Made by a program: the position numbers and the translations under genes. Below, piece after piece: positions 25,814 through 37,119 of a stretch of 64,000 nucleotides of DNA (position 1 is its first letter; the number at the start of each line of letters is the position of its first letter). Under the pieces are notes generated by a model. That model had not been told where the DNA came from. It worked only from the letters and a program-made list of their open reading frames with translations, and ran no database searches. The stretch is from Candidatus Pacebacteria bacterium CG_4_9_14_0_2_um_filter_40_15 (GTDB taxonomy: Bacteria > Patescibacteriota > Microgenomatia > UBA1400 > PJMF01): positions 15,009-79,008 of the forward strand of contig PFRS01000001.1 in NCBI GenBank assembly GCA_002788675.1. Reading direction: 5' to 3'.

Positions 25814-26875
25814 CTACTTAGCTGAACCAAGTAATCGATCCAAGTCTTCCTTTCTGAAAGCATACTCACGTGCACTTGCTAGAGTAATCGCTCCTTGTTG
25901 TACAAGTTGCTGCAAATGAGTTTCAATCAACATCATACCGTCTCCAGCAGAAGTTTGCATAACGGTATCGATTTGATGTGTCTTAGCTTCACGAATTAAA
26001 TTGCGAATAGCTGGGTTGGCAACCATGATTTCGAGCGCGGCCACACGGCCACCGGATGTCTTTGGCAATAATCGCTGAGAAGCAACAACTTTAAGCGTTG
26101 CTGCCAGCTGCTGTCTAATCTGTCCTTGCTGATGAGCTGGAAACACGTCAATGATACGATCAATTGTTTGTGCTGCAGAAGCGGTATGCAGAGTTGCAAA
26201 CACTAAGTGACCTGTTTCAGCAATAGTAATAGCGGAGGCAATGGTTTCGTAGTCGCGCATTTCACCAATCAAAACAACATCTGGATCTTCACGCAGTACA
26301 GATTTAAGCGCGATATCCCAACCGTGGGTGTCTTGATTTATTTCTCGCTGAGAAATCACACTTTTTGCTGGGGTGTACATAAACTCGATTGGATCTTCGA
26401 TCGTGAGGATGTGTTCCGCACGAGTCTGATTAATTCGATCAATCATAGCAGCCAGCGAAGTTGATTTACCTTCACCAGTTGGACCAGTAATCAACACCAA
26501 ACCTTGCTTAAACATGGTAAAGTCTTTGAAAATTTCAGGCAAATGAAGATCCTCGAGAGACTTTACTTTACTCGGGATTAAACGTAACGCAGCAGCCATC
26601 GCATTTTTACTGTGGTAGACATTTACACGGAAACGACCATATTCCTTAAATTGATACCCAAAGTCTAGTTCTTTATTAACGCCAACATAATCTTTCTGTT
26701 CTTGCGTTAAAATTGGGTGTATCAACGCTTCACATTCCGCTGCGCCAAGAATTGGGGCATTGGGAACAGGGGAGAGCACGCCATCTACACGAATAGTAGG
26801 TGGGGTACCAACTGCGATGTGAATGTCAGAACCCTCTTGTTCGACAAGTGACTGCATGATGTCATGAATGTTCAT
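25814..26875 (-). CDS. pilT: Twitching-motility / retraction ATPase PilT
   Basis: Walker A GLVLITGPTGEGKST, the PilT signature AHQQGQIRQQLAATLKVVASQRL, and 353 aa. Confidence 0.85.
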   Translation of the reverse strand: MNIHDIMQSLVEQEGSDIHIAVGTPPTIRVDGVLSPVPNAPILGAAECEALIHPILTQEQKDYVGVNKELDFGYQFKEYGRFRVNVYHSKNAMAAALRLIPSKVKSLEDLHLPEIFKDFTMFKQGLVLITGPTGEGKSTSLAAMIDRINQTRAEHILTIEDPIEFMYTPAKSVISQREINQDTHGWDIALKSVLREDPDVVLIGEMRDYETIASAITIAETGHLVFATLHTASAAQTIDRIIDVFPAHQQGQIRQQLAATLKVVASQRLLPKTSGGRVAALEIMVANPAIRNLIREAKTHQIDTVMQTSAGDGMMLIETHLQQLVQQGAITLASAREYAFRKEDLDRLLGSAK

Positions 26876-26916
26876 AGAGCTCCTTTACTGCTTCGATTCT
26901 CTCATGTTTGCGCACC

Positions 26917-29277
26917 TTAGATTTGTGCAACACGTAATACTTCCTCAATTGTGGTGACTCCATTTAGAGCCTTCATATACCCATCCTGCTTCATAAGAAG
27001 CATTCCCTCTGTCATGGCGACCTTTTCCATTTCTGAGGCTGGCTGTCGTTCCAAAATCATTTTTGAAATTGTTTCAGAAATTGGCATAACCTCAAAAATA
27101 GCGATACGACCGCGATATTCAGGTTCAGTTGCAGGACGATCAGCTTTACAACGATGGAGAACCAATGTCTCCGCTGTCATATTATTAGTTTTACACCATT
27201 GATCAAATCGAGGACCTAAGACTTTTCTGATGTCATCGACAACTGCTTTTTCAGGCTTATATTCTTCTTTGTATTTTTCATTAATTTTACGTAACACACG
27301 CTGTGCCATAACCAACGTGATTGATGATGCCAAGAGAAATGGCTCAGCGCCCATGTCCAAGAGACGAGGCAGCGCACCGGCAGCACTTGAGGTATGCAGG
27401 GTAGAGAATACTAAGTGACCTGTCAGCGCAGCTTGCACAGCAAGTTCAGCGGTTTCTGAGTCACGAATTTCTCCCACCATGATAATGTTAGGGTCCTGAC
27501 GCAAGAATGAACGCAAACCTGAAGCAAACGTAAGCCCAGCTTGAGGATTAATCTGCACCTGATTAACTCCTGTCATCTGGTACTCAACTGGATCTTCCAG
27601 TGTCATGATGTTCACTTTAGGTGAGTTAATCTTATGCAAAACAGAGTAGAGTGTTGTAGTTTTACCAGATCCTGTAGGACCAGTAACAAGAACAATTCCA
27701 TGCGGAACTTTACTGGCTGTATTAACTCGCTGCAATGCAATTCCATCTAAACCAAGCTGAGGAAGTTCTGGGACAGACTGATCTTTCTTAAGCAAACGCA
27801 TAACAATCTTTTCACCATGAATAGTAGGCAGCGTAGAAACACGCAGGTCAACTTCTTGTTCACTATTTGCGAAGTTAAAACGACCATCTTGTGGAATACG
27901 TTTTTCATCAATTTTTAGGTTGGATAGAATCTTGATACGAGAAACGACCGCATCATGAACTGATGCAGGCAAAATAAGCTTCTCTTGCAAAATACCATCA
28001 ATACGGTAGCGCACCCGGGTACGACTTTCTTGAGGTTCGATGTGAATATCTGAAGCCAATGCTTTCATAGCAAACTCAACAATGGTGTGCACAATTTTTG
28101 TAATTGGAGCCTGTCGAATCGTTTCGCCTGAAAGGCTTGATAAATCGCTCTTTTCTTGCCTTGATTCAGCCACTTGGCTAGTTTCTTGCAGCGCTTCAGT
28201 AACTTCACTTGAGAGTGATTGTGAGTAGTGTTCTGCGAGTGTGCGCTCCAGTTCGGAAGGCGTGGCGTACTTGGCTTCAATACGGACTCCAGATTTTTTC
28301 TCGGCAAAATCAATCGCAGCCAAATCCAACGGATTGATCATAGCTACAACCATGTGATTATCAGCTTTATCAAAACTGATAGGCAGCATCTTGTAAGTGC
28401 GAGCTACACTTTCTGGAAGCTGAGTAAGCGCTTGTGGATCGGTACCGGTATCTGCAATGCGAATAAAAGGAATACCATTGAACTCAGCTTTTGCCTTGGT
28501 TATTTCTTCTTCACTGGCATATTTTTTTTCTGAAAGAATTTGCTCGATTGGCTTACCTGTTGAAATATGTGCCACACTTACCTGGTTAAACGACTCTTGG
28601 GTAATCTCACCTTTTGTAAGCAAAATATCCAAAATTGAGTTTGGATTACCACTGGTGACAGGGGTTGGGACTGCATCTAGGGTAGCCGCAGGGTCAGCTG
28701 GTTTTTGAGTTTCCTCAACTGGTTCTGCAGCTGGTGCAGGAGCATCAGCAGGCAGTTCTGGAGCTGGCGTTTCTGCCACAACTTCGGGGGTTGGTGTTTC
28801 AGCGACTTCGGGGATTTCAGGTATTTTTTCAGGTGCTGCATCTGCTGCGAGTGAGTCTGCTGTTGATGCAGTGACGGACTCCGTTGTAGCTTCAGCTGGT
28901 GTCGTAGATTCGATAGTTTCAGTAGGTTCAACTGTCATTTCAGCTTGAACTGCAGGCTCTATTTCCTCAGTTGGCAGTTCAACTGGAACGGCTGAAATTG
29001 CTGGGGCAGCAACACCTTCATCCGCACTCGCCAAAAGCTGATCAACAGCTCCGGCTGCTGCTGATAAATCTTCGGCACCCACATTTTGTTCATCTTGAAG
29101 TGTTTGATCAGTAGGAGAAATTGTTGGCGTAACAACCGTAGCAACGGAGGAACTGTCACTGAGTGAACTTCCTCCTAACACACTCGAGTCAGAGCCACTA
29201 GAAACACTACCCATACTACTAACGGGTTTATTTTCAGGAATCTTAAGTGGTTGTGGATCTTGGGCAGGATCTTGCAT
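26917..29277 (-). CDS. pilB: Type IV pilus extension ATPase PilB (GspE family) with a roughly 330-aa Ala/Pro/Glu/Thr-rich low-complexity N-terminal region. An alternative TTG start is at 29319.
   Basis: Walker A LVTGPTGSGKTTTL, the Asp box, and the tetracysteine-less GspE core with VEYQMTG. Confidence 0.85.
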   Translation of the reverse strand: MQDPAQDPQPLKIPENKPVSSMGSVSSGSDSSVLGGSSLSDSSSVATVVTPTISPTDQTLQDEQNVGAEDLSAAAGAVDQLLASADEGVAAPAISAVPVELPTEEIEPAVQAEMTVEPTETIESTTPAEATTESVTASTADSLAADAAPEKIPEIPEVAETPTPEVVAETPAPELPADAPAPAAEPVEETQKPADPAATLDAVPTPVTSGNPNSILDILLTKGEITQESFNQVSVAHISTGKPIEQILSEKKYASEEEITKAKAEFNGIPFIRIADTGTDPQALTQLPESVARTYKMLPISFDKADNHMVVAMINPLDLAAIDFAEKKSGVRIEAKYATPSELERTLAEHYSQSLSSEVTEALQETSQVAESRQEKSDLSSLSGETIRQAPITKIVHTIVEFAMKALASDIHIEPQESRTRVRYRIDGILQEKLILPASVHDAVVSRIKILSNLKIDEKRIPQDGRFNFANSEQEVDLRVSTLPTIHGEKIVMRLLKKDQSVPELPQLGLDGIALQRVNTASKVPHGIVLVTGPTGSGKTTTLYSVLHKINSPKVNIMTLEDPVEYQMTGVNQVQINPQAGLTFASGLRSFLRQDPNIIMVGEIRDSETAELAVQAALTGHLVFSTLHTSSAAGALPRLLDMGAEPFLLASSITLVMAQRVLRKINEKYKEEYKPEKAVVDDIRKVLGPRFDQWCKTNNMTAETLVLHRCKADRPATEPEYRGRIAIFEVMPISETISKMILERQPASEMEKVAMTEGMLLMKQDGYMKALNGVTTIEEVLRVAQI

Positions 29278-29359
29278 AGCTACACTATCCACTATACTGT
29301 AAAATAGACACAGCAACAATACACTGTCTCAATATCACCGTAATTTAGTAGAAAATCTC

Positions 29360-30010
29360 ATGCATTTTGACCCTACAACAACTCATCTCCTCATAGCAGC
29401 AGAACCGCTGAAAGAAAAAGCAACGCAGTTTTTGCTCGATCAGTGGCAAGTCGACACAAACTATCCGCATATTGCTTGGTTTGGCGATGAAGCTGCACTC
29501 AAAATAGCTACCGTGCGCAACCTGCAAGAGTATTTAAGCTTTGCCAGCAGTCCCACTGACACTCGATTTTGCGTGGTGCTGGGACTCGAGTCTGCAACGC
29601 TTCCAGCACAGAATGCACTTTTAAAATTAGTTGAAGAGCCACCGGTAAACACTCAAATTGTTTTGGTGGGTCAATCTCTTGAAAAGATACTCCCGACTAT
29701 TCAGTCCAGATGCTTAGTTACCAAACAAACAGAAAAATGGGATACCGATGCAGCCAAAGAACTCTATACAAAACTTTCTGGCAGTACCATTCCAGTGGCC
29801 CTTCAGCTAGCTGAAGAGTACACAGACAGAACTGCAGCTATTGAGTTGGCTAACCAGCTGACCACATACTTTCATACTGAACTTGAAAAAAATGGTGAAA
29901 ACGCCCAACTGCAAAAGCACATTGCTGAAACACTCCGATTAAAAAAACGGTTAGGTCAAAATGGAAACGTGCAGCTTGCTGTTGAGGAGTTTTTTTTACA
30001 ACTGATTTAG
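29360..30010 (+). CDS. holB: DNA polymerase III delta-prime-like subunit, a short form that lacks the N-terminal P-loop
   Basis: NALLKLVEEPP and TIQSRC motifs, which are characteristic of delta-prime / clamp-loader box VII and sensor 2. Confidence 0.55.
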   Translation: MHFDPTTTHLLIAAEPLKEKATQFLLDQWQVDTNYPHIAWFGDEAALKIATVRNLQEYLSFASSPTDTRFCVVLGLESATLPAQNALLKLVEEPPVNTQIVLVGQSLEKILPTIQSRCLVTKQTEKWDTDAAKELYTKLSGSTIPVALQLAEEYTDRTAAIELANQLTTYFHTELEKNGENAQLQKHIAETLRLKKRLGQNGNVQLAVEEFFLQLI

Positions 30011-30071
30011 ATACAAAATTGCCCTGCTAAAAAAGCAGGGCAATTTAAAAGGGGTTCTAACAATGCTCAGG

Positions 30072-30434
30072 TTAAAAAATGATAGCCTTGAGCAAAACAA
30101 AAAAAGAAACCGAAAACACAACCATATACCAACGGTACTGGTTAACTTCTTCCCGGGGGGCACCTTTGATATCGCCAATCCAAACTGATGCCAGTCCCAG
30201 TAGGTACACAATAACAGCCAGAGCAACTGTCGCAGTGGTTGGCAACACTTCACCAATCTTGGCTGAAATAAGCACTGCAATTAATGCAGATACTAATACC
30301 AGCCAACCACTCAAAATGCTGTATGCCAACCCAAACAGCGGGTAAATCAGCATAAACACGCTGAATTTGCTCAAAACTGCAGCCAGGTCAACGTTTAACC
30401 GTAATTTAAATCCGGATTTCATCTTATTTACCAC
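30072..30434 (-). CDS. Small multi-TM membrane protein of unknown function
   Basis: 120 aa, three predicted TM helices, and a terminator hairpin (ccctgct-aaaaa-agcaggg) between it and holB. Confidence 0.4.
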   Translation of the reverse strand: MVNKMKSGFKLRLNVDLAAVLSKFSVFMLIYPLFGLAYSILSGWLVLVSALIAVLISAKIGEVLPTTATVALAVIVYLLGLASVWIGDIKGAPREEVNQYRWYMVVFSVSFFVLLKAIIF

Positions 30435-30823
30435 CTTTTAAAGAATGTTCTCTCCCGCAAACACAAAGTGTGAACGAGGTGTTCACTGTGGGCAAAGAAA
30501 GATACACTATTATAGCACTTTAATTATTATGGGTCAATATAATAGGTATATTTTATATATGTTGCTATATAGTAATGAATATTTCGATATGTTCCGACTT
30601 ATTCAGGTCCAAATACAGCAAAATAAACCGAAATTGAAGCGCTCAGAGCCTCGTCTTGAGGACACTGTGTCTATTCTACGGCGAAAATATGTGGTAGTAT
30701 CATTTTGTACTAGTAACTTGTAGTTAATCAAATACACACTCCACTCGCGCTGCCCACCAGGTGGATCTTTGTTTTTATATCAAAGATGTGCTATAAAAGT
30801 GTTTCTGATAACTACCTTCAAGA

Positions 30824-32848
30824 ATGGATATGGCAAACACAAATAATCACTATCAAGCATCAGAAATTAAAGTCCTCGAAGGCTTAGAGCCAGTTCGCAA
30901 ACGCCCTGGTATGTACATCGGTTCAACCGATGGCAGAGGTCTGCATCACCTCGCAAAAGAAATTCTCGATAACGCTGTTGACGAAGCAATTGCTGGATAT
31001 GGAAAAGGTATTGAACTCTACCACACAGAAGTAGGGGACAGGGAACGAAAACTTGCAACAGTTGAATTAACCGAACAAGAGGCGATTACCGTAGTCGACA
31101 ATGGTCGCGGTATCCCTGTTGATATGCATGCTTCAGGAGTTTCAGCACTACAAGTAGTTATGACCAAACTGCATGCCGGTGGAAAGTTTGAAGAAACAGC
31201 CTACCAAGCTAGTGGTGGTTTGCATGGTGTGGGATCTTCTGCTGTTAACGCACTTTCTAACTTAGTACAAGTCATCGTCAAACGTGACAAAGCTTACTAC
31301 TATCAAAGCTATACTCGAGGAATTCCACATGAGGCAGTTCGAAAACTAACTGAAAAACAAGTTAAAGACATGTTCCCACTTCAAACTGAAAAGTTTGTGA
31401 CTTACGATACCGGAACACTTCTGCAGTTTATTCCTGATAGCTCTATTTTTTCAACAACAGCATTCAGTCATAAAACTCTTGTTAGCGTCATTAAAGACCG
31501 CGCCTATCTTATGGCAGGTATTTATTTCCAATTAGTTGACACCATCGAAAACTCAGAAGAACACTACTACTTTGAAGGCGGTATCCGCAGTCTGGTTGAA
31601 CATATCAACATGACCAAAAAGCCACTTCACAAAGTTATGTACACCGAAGGAGTATGGACCGACGACACAACCGGCAAAAAAATTGGTGTCGAAGTCGCCC
31701 TACAATACAACGACTCATACAAAGAAAGAGTAGAATCCTACGTTAACGTTATTCACACACCAGATGGTGGTGCTCATGTAAATGGCTTCACCTTAGCTTT
31801 GGGAAATGTACTCCGTAAGTACGCCAAAGACCATAACTTGCTTAAAGAAAAAGAAAGTTTCACCAGTGAAGACATGAAAGAAGGTGTTTCAGCAGTTATT
31901 TTCGTTAAAATGCCGTCGAACGACCTTCAATTTGAATCACAAACCAAAACTAAACTAAACAATAGCGAAGCCCAGTCGGCTGTCTACCAAGTCTTTAAAG
32001 ATGGACTCGATACGTTCCTCGAAGAAGATCCCAAAGCTGGAAAAGCCATTATCGATAAAATCATGCTTTCTGCCCGAGCTCGCATGGCAGCTCGTGCCGC
32101 TAAAGATGCCGTTATTCGAAAAGGTGTGTTTGAAGGTAGTTCACTCCCAGGAAAACTAGCTGACTGTCAGAGCAAAAACCCAGCAGATAGTGAAATTTAC
32201 ATCGTAGAGGGTGACTCTGCAGGCGGTTCAGCAAAGCAGGGAAGAGACCGCAAATTTCAGGCTATTTTCCCACTGCGTGGAAAAATTCTTAACACAGAGC
32301 GTGCTCGCCTCGATAAAATTGTGGCTTCAGAAGAAGTCAAAAACTTAGTTATCGCTCTTGGCGCCGGTATTGGTGAAACATTCGACCCAGAAAAACTCCG
32401 CTACCATCGCATTATTCTTATGAATGACGCTGACGTCGATGGAGAACATATCACCACGCTCGGACTAACTTTTTTCTTCCGCCATCTTCCAGAAGTAGTC
32501 GAACAAGGCTACCTCTACATTGCTATGCCACCACTTTTCAAGATCTCATGGGGAAAAAATGAAGAATACGTCTACAGTGAAGAAGAGCGCGACAAAGTCA
32601 TCACCGGCATCCGCGCCGACAGCGCAAATGCAAACATTGGTGTCCAACGCTACAAAGGTTTGGGAGAAATGAACCCAGAACAACTCTGGGAAACCACCAT
32701 GAACCCAGAAAAACGCATGCTTAAACGCGTCACTATTGCCGACGCAGATAAAGCAGACACAACCTTCAGCACCTTAATGGGTGACGACGTTGCGCCACGT
32801 AAGAAGTTTATCCAGACACATGCTAAGCTGGCAAATATTGATATTTAG
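30824..32848 (+). CDS. gyrB: DNA gyrase subunit B
   Basis: GHKL ATPase N-terminus (LEGLEPVRKRPGMYIGS), the TOPRIM motif (EGDSAGGS, DADVDGEHI) and the C-terminal tail; 674 aa. Confidence 0.9.
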   Translation: MDMANTNNHYQASEIKVLEGLEPVRKRPGMYIGSTDGRGLHHLAKEILDNAVDEAIAGYGKGIELYHTEVGDRERKLATVELTEQEAITVVDNGRGIPVDMHASGVSALQVVMTKLHAGGKFEETAYQASGGLHGVGSSAVNALSNLVQVIVKRDKAYYYQSYTRGIPHEAVRKLTEKQVKDMFPLQTEKFVTYDTGTLLQFIPDSSIFSTTAFSHKTLVSVIKDRAYLMAGIYFQLVDTIENSEEHYYFEGGIRSLVEHINMTKKPLHKVMYTEGVWTDDTTGKKIGVEVALQYNDSYKERVESYVNVIHTPDGGAHVNGFTLALGNVLRKYAKDHNLLKEKESFTSEDMKEGVSAVIFVKMPSNDLQFESQTKTKLNNSEAQSAVYQVFKDGLDTFLEEDPKAGKAIIDKIMLSARARMAARAAKDAVIRKGVFEGSSLPGKLADCQSKNPADSEIYIVEGDSAGGSAKQGRDRKFQAIFPLRGKILNTERARLDKIVASEEVKNLVIALGAGIGETFDPEKLRYHRIILMNDADVDGEHITTLGLTFFFRHLPEVVEQGYLYIAMPPLFKISWGKNEEYVYSEEERDKVITGIRADSANANIGVQRYKGLGEMNPEQLWETTMNPEKRMLKRVTIADADKADTTFSTLMGDDVAPRKKFIQTHAKLANIDI

Positions 32849-32880
32849 AAACAGAGTACCAGGTACAGGAAACATCCTTC

Positions 32881-33828
32881 ATGCCAAAAACATACATCAT
32901 CGGACATCAAAAACCAGACACAGACGCAGTTGTAGCAGCTATGGCGCTTGCTTATTTGCACGAAAGCTCACCAGCACACGCTGAGCACGAGAATTCCGTG
33001 GCAGTCATTGCCGATCCACTCAACCCAGAGACGACATTTTTGTTTGAAAAATTTGGCATTGCGGCACCACAACAAATCACAGCAGCAGATATTGCTCCAG
33101 AAGACAAAATTGTGCTGGTCGACCACAACGAAGAAGTGCAACGTTTAGCTGGCATTAATCCAGATCAAATTGTTAACATCGTGGACCATCACAAAGCAAA
33201 CATTAACTTTAACGGACCCATTTGTTTGGTCTTCCGTCCTTGGGGCTCAACCTCAACAATCGTGTATCACATGATGAAAATTAAGAATGTAGTCCCTTCA
33301 AAAACAATTGCCTCACTCATGTTGGCAGCCATTTTGTCCGACACAGTTGGCTACAAAAGCGCTACTACAACTCAAAAAGACAAAGAATATGGCGCAGAAC
33401 TAGCTCAAATCGCAGAAATTGGGGACGTCGAGGCCTTCACCCTAGAAATATTCAAAGCAAAATCGGACGTTTCACAACTTTCAGACATAGAAATCGTTAA
33501 AAACGACTACAAAGTCTTTGAGTTCAGCAAAAAAACCATGATTGACCAGCTCGAAACAGTGGAACAAGACATGATCCTCACCGAGAAAAAAGCCTCACTC
33601 CTTGCTGCCATGCAGACAGTCAAAGCAGAACTTGGCGTTGAACTCCTGTTTGTCGCCATTACCGATATATTGAAAGTTAACACTAAACTACTTATTCTTG
33701 GTGAAGCTGAAGCCAGCGTTGCCCAGAAGGCATTTGGGGGCACCGTGAGCGACAACATGATCGACATCGGCCCAAAAATGTCTCGTAAAAAGGAAATTGC
33801 ACCAGCTATTGAAAAAGCAGTGGCCTAA
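32881..33828 (+). CDS. ppaC: Family II (Mn-dependent, DHH-type) inorganic pyrophosphatase
   Basis: GHQKPDTDAV (DHH motif I), VLVDHNE, IVDHH, and DHHA2-like C-terminal motifs; 315 aa. Confidence 0.75.
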   Translation: MPKTYIIGHQKPDTDAVVAAMALAYLHESSPAHAEHENSVAVIADPLNPETTFLFEKFGIAAPQQITAADIAPEDKIVLVDHNEEVQRLAGINPDQIVNIVDHHKANINFNGPICLVFRPWGSTSTIVYHMMKIKNVVPSKTIASLMLAAILSDTVGYKSATTTQKDKEYGAELAQIAEIGDVEAFTLEIFKAKSDVSQLSDIEIVKNDYKVFEFSKKTMIDQLETVEQDMILTEKKASLLAAMQTVKAELGVELLFVAITDILKVNTKLLILGEAEASVAQKAFGGTVSDNMIDIGPKMSRKKEIAPAIEKAVA

Positions 33829-33870
33829 AGCACGCAGAGGAGAGAAGACCTACTAGAAAACACGACAACT

Positions 33871-36669
33871 ATGACAGACGAAAACAACAAGCAACCAGAA
33901 AACGAAGTGACAGATGCTGCAAAAGCAGAGGAAGCTGAAACAAAGCCAGTAGAAACAATGGCAGAGGCAGTTGCTGAAGAACACCTCGAAACCGAAGCTG
34001 AAGCATTAATCGGCACCATCGAAGAAACTCGTTTTGGCCGCATGAAGTACATTTCCATTAAATCGGAAATGGAAAAGAGTTACCTCGACTACGCCATGAG
34101 TGTCATCGTCTCTCGTGCGCTTCCTGACGTGCGTGACGGTCTTAAACCAGTCCACCGCCGTATTCTTTACTCAATGCATAAAAGTGGCATTAACCACAAA
34201 AGTGGCTACAAAAAATCAGCTCGTATTGTTGGAGACGTCCTCGGTAAATATCACCCACATGGTGACTCGTCCGTGTATATGGCCATGGTCCGTTTGGCTC
34301 AAGACTTTAGCATGCGCTATGAATTAATTGATGGCCAAGGTAACTTCGGTTCCGTCGACGGAGATAGCCCAGCTGCAATGCGTTACACCGAGGCTCGCAT
34401 GGCTAAAATTTCGCAAGAACTCTTGGTCGACATCGACAAAAACACCGTTCCTTTTATTGATAACTTTGACGGTTCACTTCAAGAACCATCAGTCCTTCCG
34501 GCAAAACTTCCAAACTTGCTCCTTATGGGTGCAGAAGGAATTGCTGTAGGTATGGCAACAAAAATTCCACCACATAACTTAGTTGAAGTCTGTAACGCCA
34601 TTACTGCTATGATTGTCAGCGGTGAATCCGCTCGACCAGAGGGAAATACCTTTAGTTTACCTGACCGAGGGGCATCTAAAAAAGGTGACAACGTTGCTGA
34701 TGAAATTAAAACCATGCATGCGCAAATTGACGTGCTGCTTACCACTGATCCAAAAGAACTTGCTGGAAACTTCCAAACCGACACCACCATCGACAACATC
34801 ATGGAGCACATCAATGGTCCAGACTTCCCAACCGGCGGTATCATTTATGATTTCAACGCCATAAAAGAAGGTTACAAAACCGGAAAAGGTCGTGTCGTTA
34901 TCCGCGCTAAAGCTGCAATCGAAGAAACTAAAAAGGGTGGCTTCCAAATTATTGTGACTGAACTACCTTACCAGGTTAACAAAGCTCGCTTACTCCAAAA
35001 AATTGCCCAACTAGCTCGTGACAAAAAAGTAAACGGCATCCGCGACCTCAATGACGACTCTGACCGTAACGGTATGCAGGTTACCATCGACCTTAAACGA
35101 GATGCCAGGCCAAAGGTTGTGCTGAACAAGCTCTTCAAGTACTCTGAACTCCAAACCAGTTTCTCTATGAATATGGTGGCTCTGACCAGTGAGGGAACCC
35201 CACAACTCTTAAATATTCGCCAAATCCTAATGGAATACATTGCTCACCGCCAACTTATCGTGGTCCGCCGCAGTCAGCAAGAACTTATTCAAGCTCGTGA
35301 CCGCGCTCACATCTTGGAAGGCTTGCTCATTGCCCTGGGAAATCTTGATGACGTTGTCGCCATTATCCGCAAATCTCCCGACACCGATGCAGCTCGCGAG
35401 GCCTTAATGAAGAAATTCGGCCTCTCACATATTCAGGCGACCGCAATCCTTGATATGCAACTCAAGCGGCTCGCCGCCCTCGAACGCAAAAAAATCGAAG
35501 AAGAGTACGCAGAAGTCAAGAAAACACTCGAAACGCTTATTACCTTACTTTCAGAACCAGCACACATCCTGGCTGTTATTAAAGATGAAACAGCAGAACT
35601 TATCACGCTCTACGGAGACGAACGCCGCACCAAGCTCATCAAGGGCAAAGTTGGCGAGTTCAGTGAAGAAGACCTCGTTCCAAATGAAGAAGCTGTCATC
35701 ACCCTTACTGAGACCGGCTACATCAAGCGTCTTAACCCAGCAGCTTTCCGCACGCAATCACGAGGTGGAAAAGGCAGCATCGGCGTCAAGATGAAAGCAG
35801 AAGACATGGTCAGCACCTTGCTCACCATCAACACTCACGATAACTTATTGGTGTTTACAAACCAGGGACGCGTCTTCAAACTTCGTGGTTACGAGATTCC
35901 AGAGTCATCACGTCAGGCAAAGGGCACCGCAATGGTAAACCTTATTAACTTGCAACATGATGAACGTGTGCAATCTATCCTAGTTGTCGATCCTGAAAAA
36001 GATGCAGAAAAATTTATCTGTCTTGCCACTGAAAAAGGTTTAATTAAGAAGACCGCAGTCAAACTCTATGACAACATTCGTCAGAACGGTATTATCGCTA
36101 TCACACTTAATGATAGTGACATTCTTGTTCACGGCAGACTCACTTCAGGTGAAGATGAAATCATGATGATCACCCACGAAGGCAAGTCAATTCGCTTCTC
36201 AGAGACCGAAGTTAAAAGCTCAAATCGGGACACAAAAGGTGTCAAAGGCATTACGTTGAAGAAAGAAGATTACGTGGTCGGATTTGAAGTACTCAGTGCC
36301 TCAGAAGACCTGCTTAAATCGGCTACTGAACGTCAGCTTTTGCTTATTACCAAGAACGGAATGGGTAAGCGAACTAACCTCGATCAATACCCAGTTCAGA
36401 AGCGTTCAGGCATGGGTGTAAAAGTTGCAGAAATCACCAAGAAAACCGGCAAAGTTGCCAGCGCTCGAAAAGTAATTGCAGCTGATCACAAAGAAGTTGT
36501 GATCACTACCAAAGAAGGCCAAACCATAAAACTGCCACTTACAAAGAAGTCTATTCCAATCTTAACTCGCCCAACACAAGGTGTCATTTTAATGCGACTC
36601 AAGAAGACTGATGAAGTCGTCGCAGTGGCCCTAACCTTCAAAAAAGTTGAGGGAGACGACGAGGACTAA
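33871..36669 (+). CDS. gyrA: DNA gyrase subunit A with an acidic N-terminal extension of about 60 aa
   Basis: Active-site tyrosine context [10 protein letters not shown], a QRDR-like region (GDSSVY), and C-terminal beta-pinwheel repeats; 932 aa. Confidence 0.9.
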   Translation: MTDENNKQPENEVTDAAKAEEAETKPVETMAEAVAEEHLETEAEALIGTIEETRFGRMKYISIKSEMEKSYLDYAMSVIVSRALPDVRDGLKPVHRRILYSMHKSGINHKSGYKKSARIVGDVLGKYHPHGDSSVYMAMVRLAQDFSMRYELIDGQGNFGSVDGDSPAAMRYTEARMAKISQELLVDIDKNTVPFIDNFDGSLQEPSVLPAKLPNLLLMGAEGIAVGMATKIPPHNLVEVCNAITAMIVSGESARPEGNTFSLPDRGASKKGDNVADEIKTMHAQIDVLLTTDPKELAGNFQTDTTIDNIMEHINGPDFPTGGIIYDFNAIKEGYKTGKGRVVIRAKAAIEETKKGGFQIIVTELPYQVNKARLLQKIAQLARDKKVNGIRDLNDDSDRNGMQVTIDLKRDARPKVVLNKLFKYSELQTSFSMNMVALTSEGTPQLLNIRQILMEYIAHRQLIVVRRSQQELIQARDRAHILEGLLIALGNLDDVVAIIRKSPDTDAAREALMKKFGLSHIQATAILDMQLKRLAALERKKIEEEYAEVKKTLETLITLLSEPAHILAVIKDETAELITLYGDERRTKLIKGKVGEFSEEDLVPNEEAVITLTETGYIKRLNPAAFRTQSRGGKGSIGVKMKAEDMVSTLLTINTHDNLLVFTNQGRVFKLRGYEIPESSRQAKGTAMVNLINLQHDERVQSILVVDPEKDAEKFICLATEKGLIKKTAVKLYDNIRQNGIIAITLNDSDILVHGRLTSGEDEIMMITHEGKSIRFSETEVKSSNRDTKGVKGITLKKEDYVVGFEVLSASEDLLKSATERQLLLITKNGMGKRTNLDQYPVQKRSGMGVKVAEITKKTGKVASARKVIAADHKEVVITTKEGQTIKLPLTKKSIPILTRPTQGVILMRLKKTDEVVAVALTFKKVEGDDED

Positions 36670-36696
36670 GGTACAAAAGCACACGCAAAAACAAAA

Positions 36697-36737
36697 AATT
36701 CAGTGAGGTGTCCGAAAGAGAGTAGGGCGCCTCATTT
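36697..36737 (+). terminator. Probable intrinsic terminator after gyrA
   Basis: tgaggtg-N17-cgcctca followed by a T7 run. Confidence 0.4.
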
Positions 36738-37036
36738 TTTTACGATTACACCTGCAGTACAGCTGAAAAATCTCATACTCAAGCAAGGAGCTTATAATGA
36801 ACATTCTAAGTCGTTACTACATAACTATTCTTGAGGTAAGTGGTGAGGAGGATACACACCAGCTACGCATAGCCAATGCACCTATTTAGATTGATATATA
36901 GAGGAAAACGAACAAGGTCATATTTTAGCAGTCTAATCATTACTCTGCTAGTGTCCCATAGCCATAAAACAACTTCTTTCCTCTATAATTTCCTCAAGGT
37001 GGATGATATACTAAGACTTTGTTAACAATTACGTTT

Positions 37037-37110
37037 GGGCCTGTGGCGCAGTTGGCTAGCGCGCCTGTATGGCATACAGGAGGTCAGGGGTTCAAATCCC
37101 CTCAGGTCCA
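37037..37110 (+). tRNA. tRNA-Ala (anticodon GGC). CCA is not encoded.
   Basis: Cloverleaf read by eye. The acceptor stem gggcctg/caggtcc carries the G3:U70 alanine identity pair, the anticodon stem cctgt/acagg holds the loop atGGCat, the T-arm is agggg-ttcaaat-cccct, and the discriminator is A. Confidence 0.8.
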
Positions 37111-37119
37111 CATCCAACC

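Noticed and set aside
37069-37119. ORF-track start of the HD-domain gene at 37069
   Set aside because: This stretch lies inside tRNA-Ala (37037-37110). The first ATG after the tRNA, at 37120, gives a sensible N-terminus.
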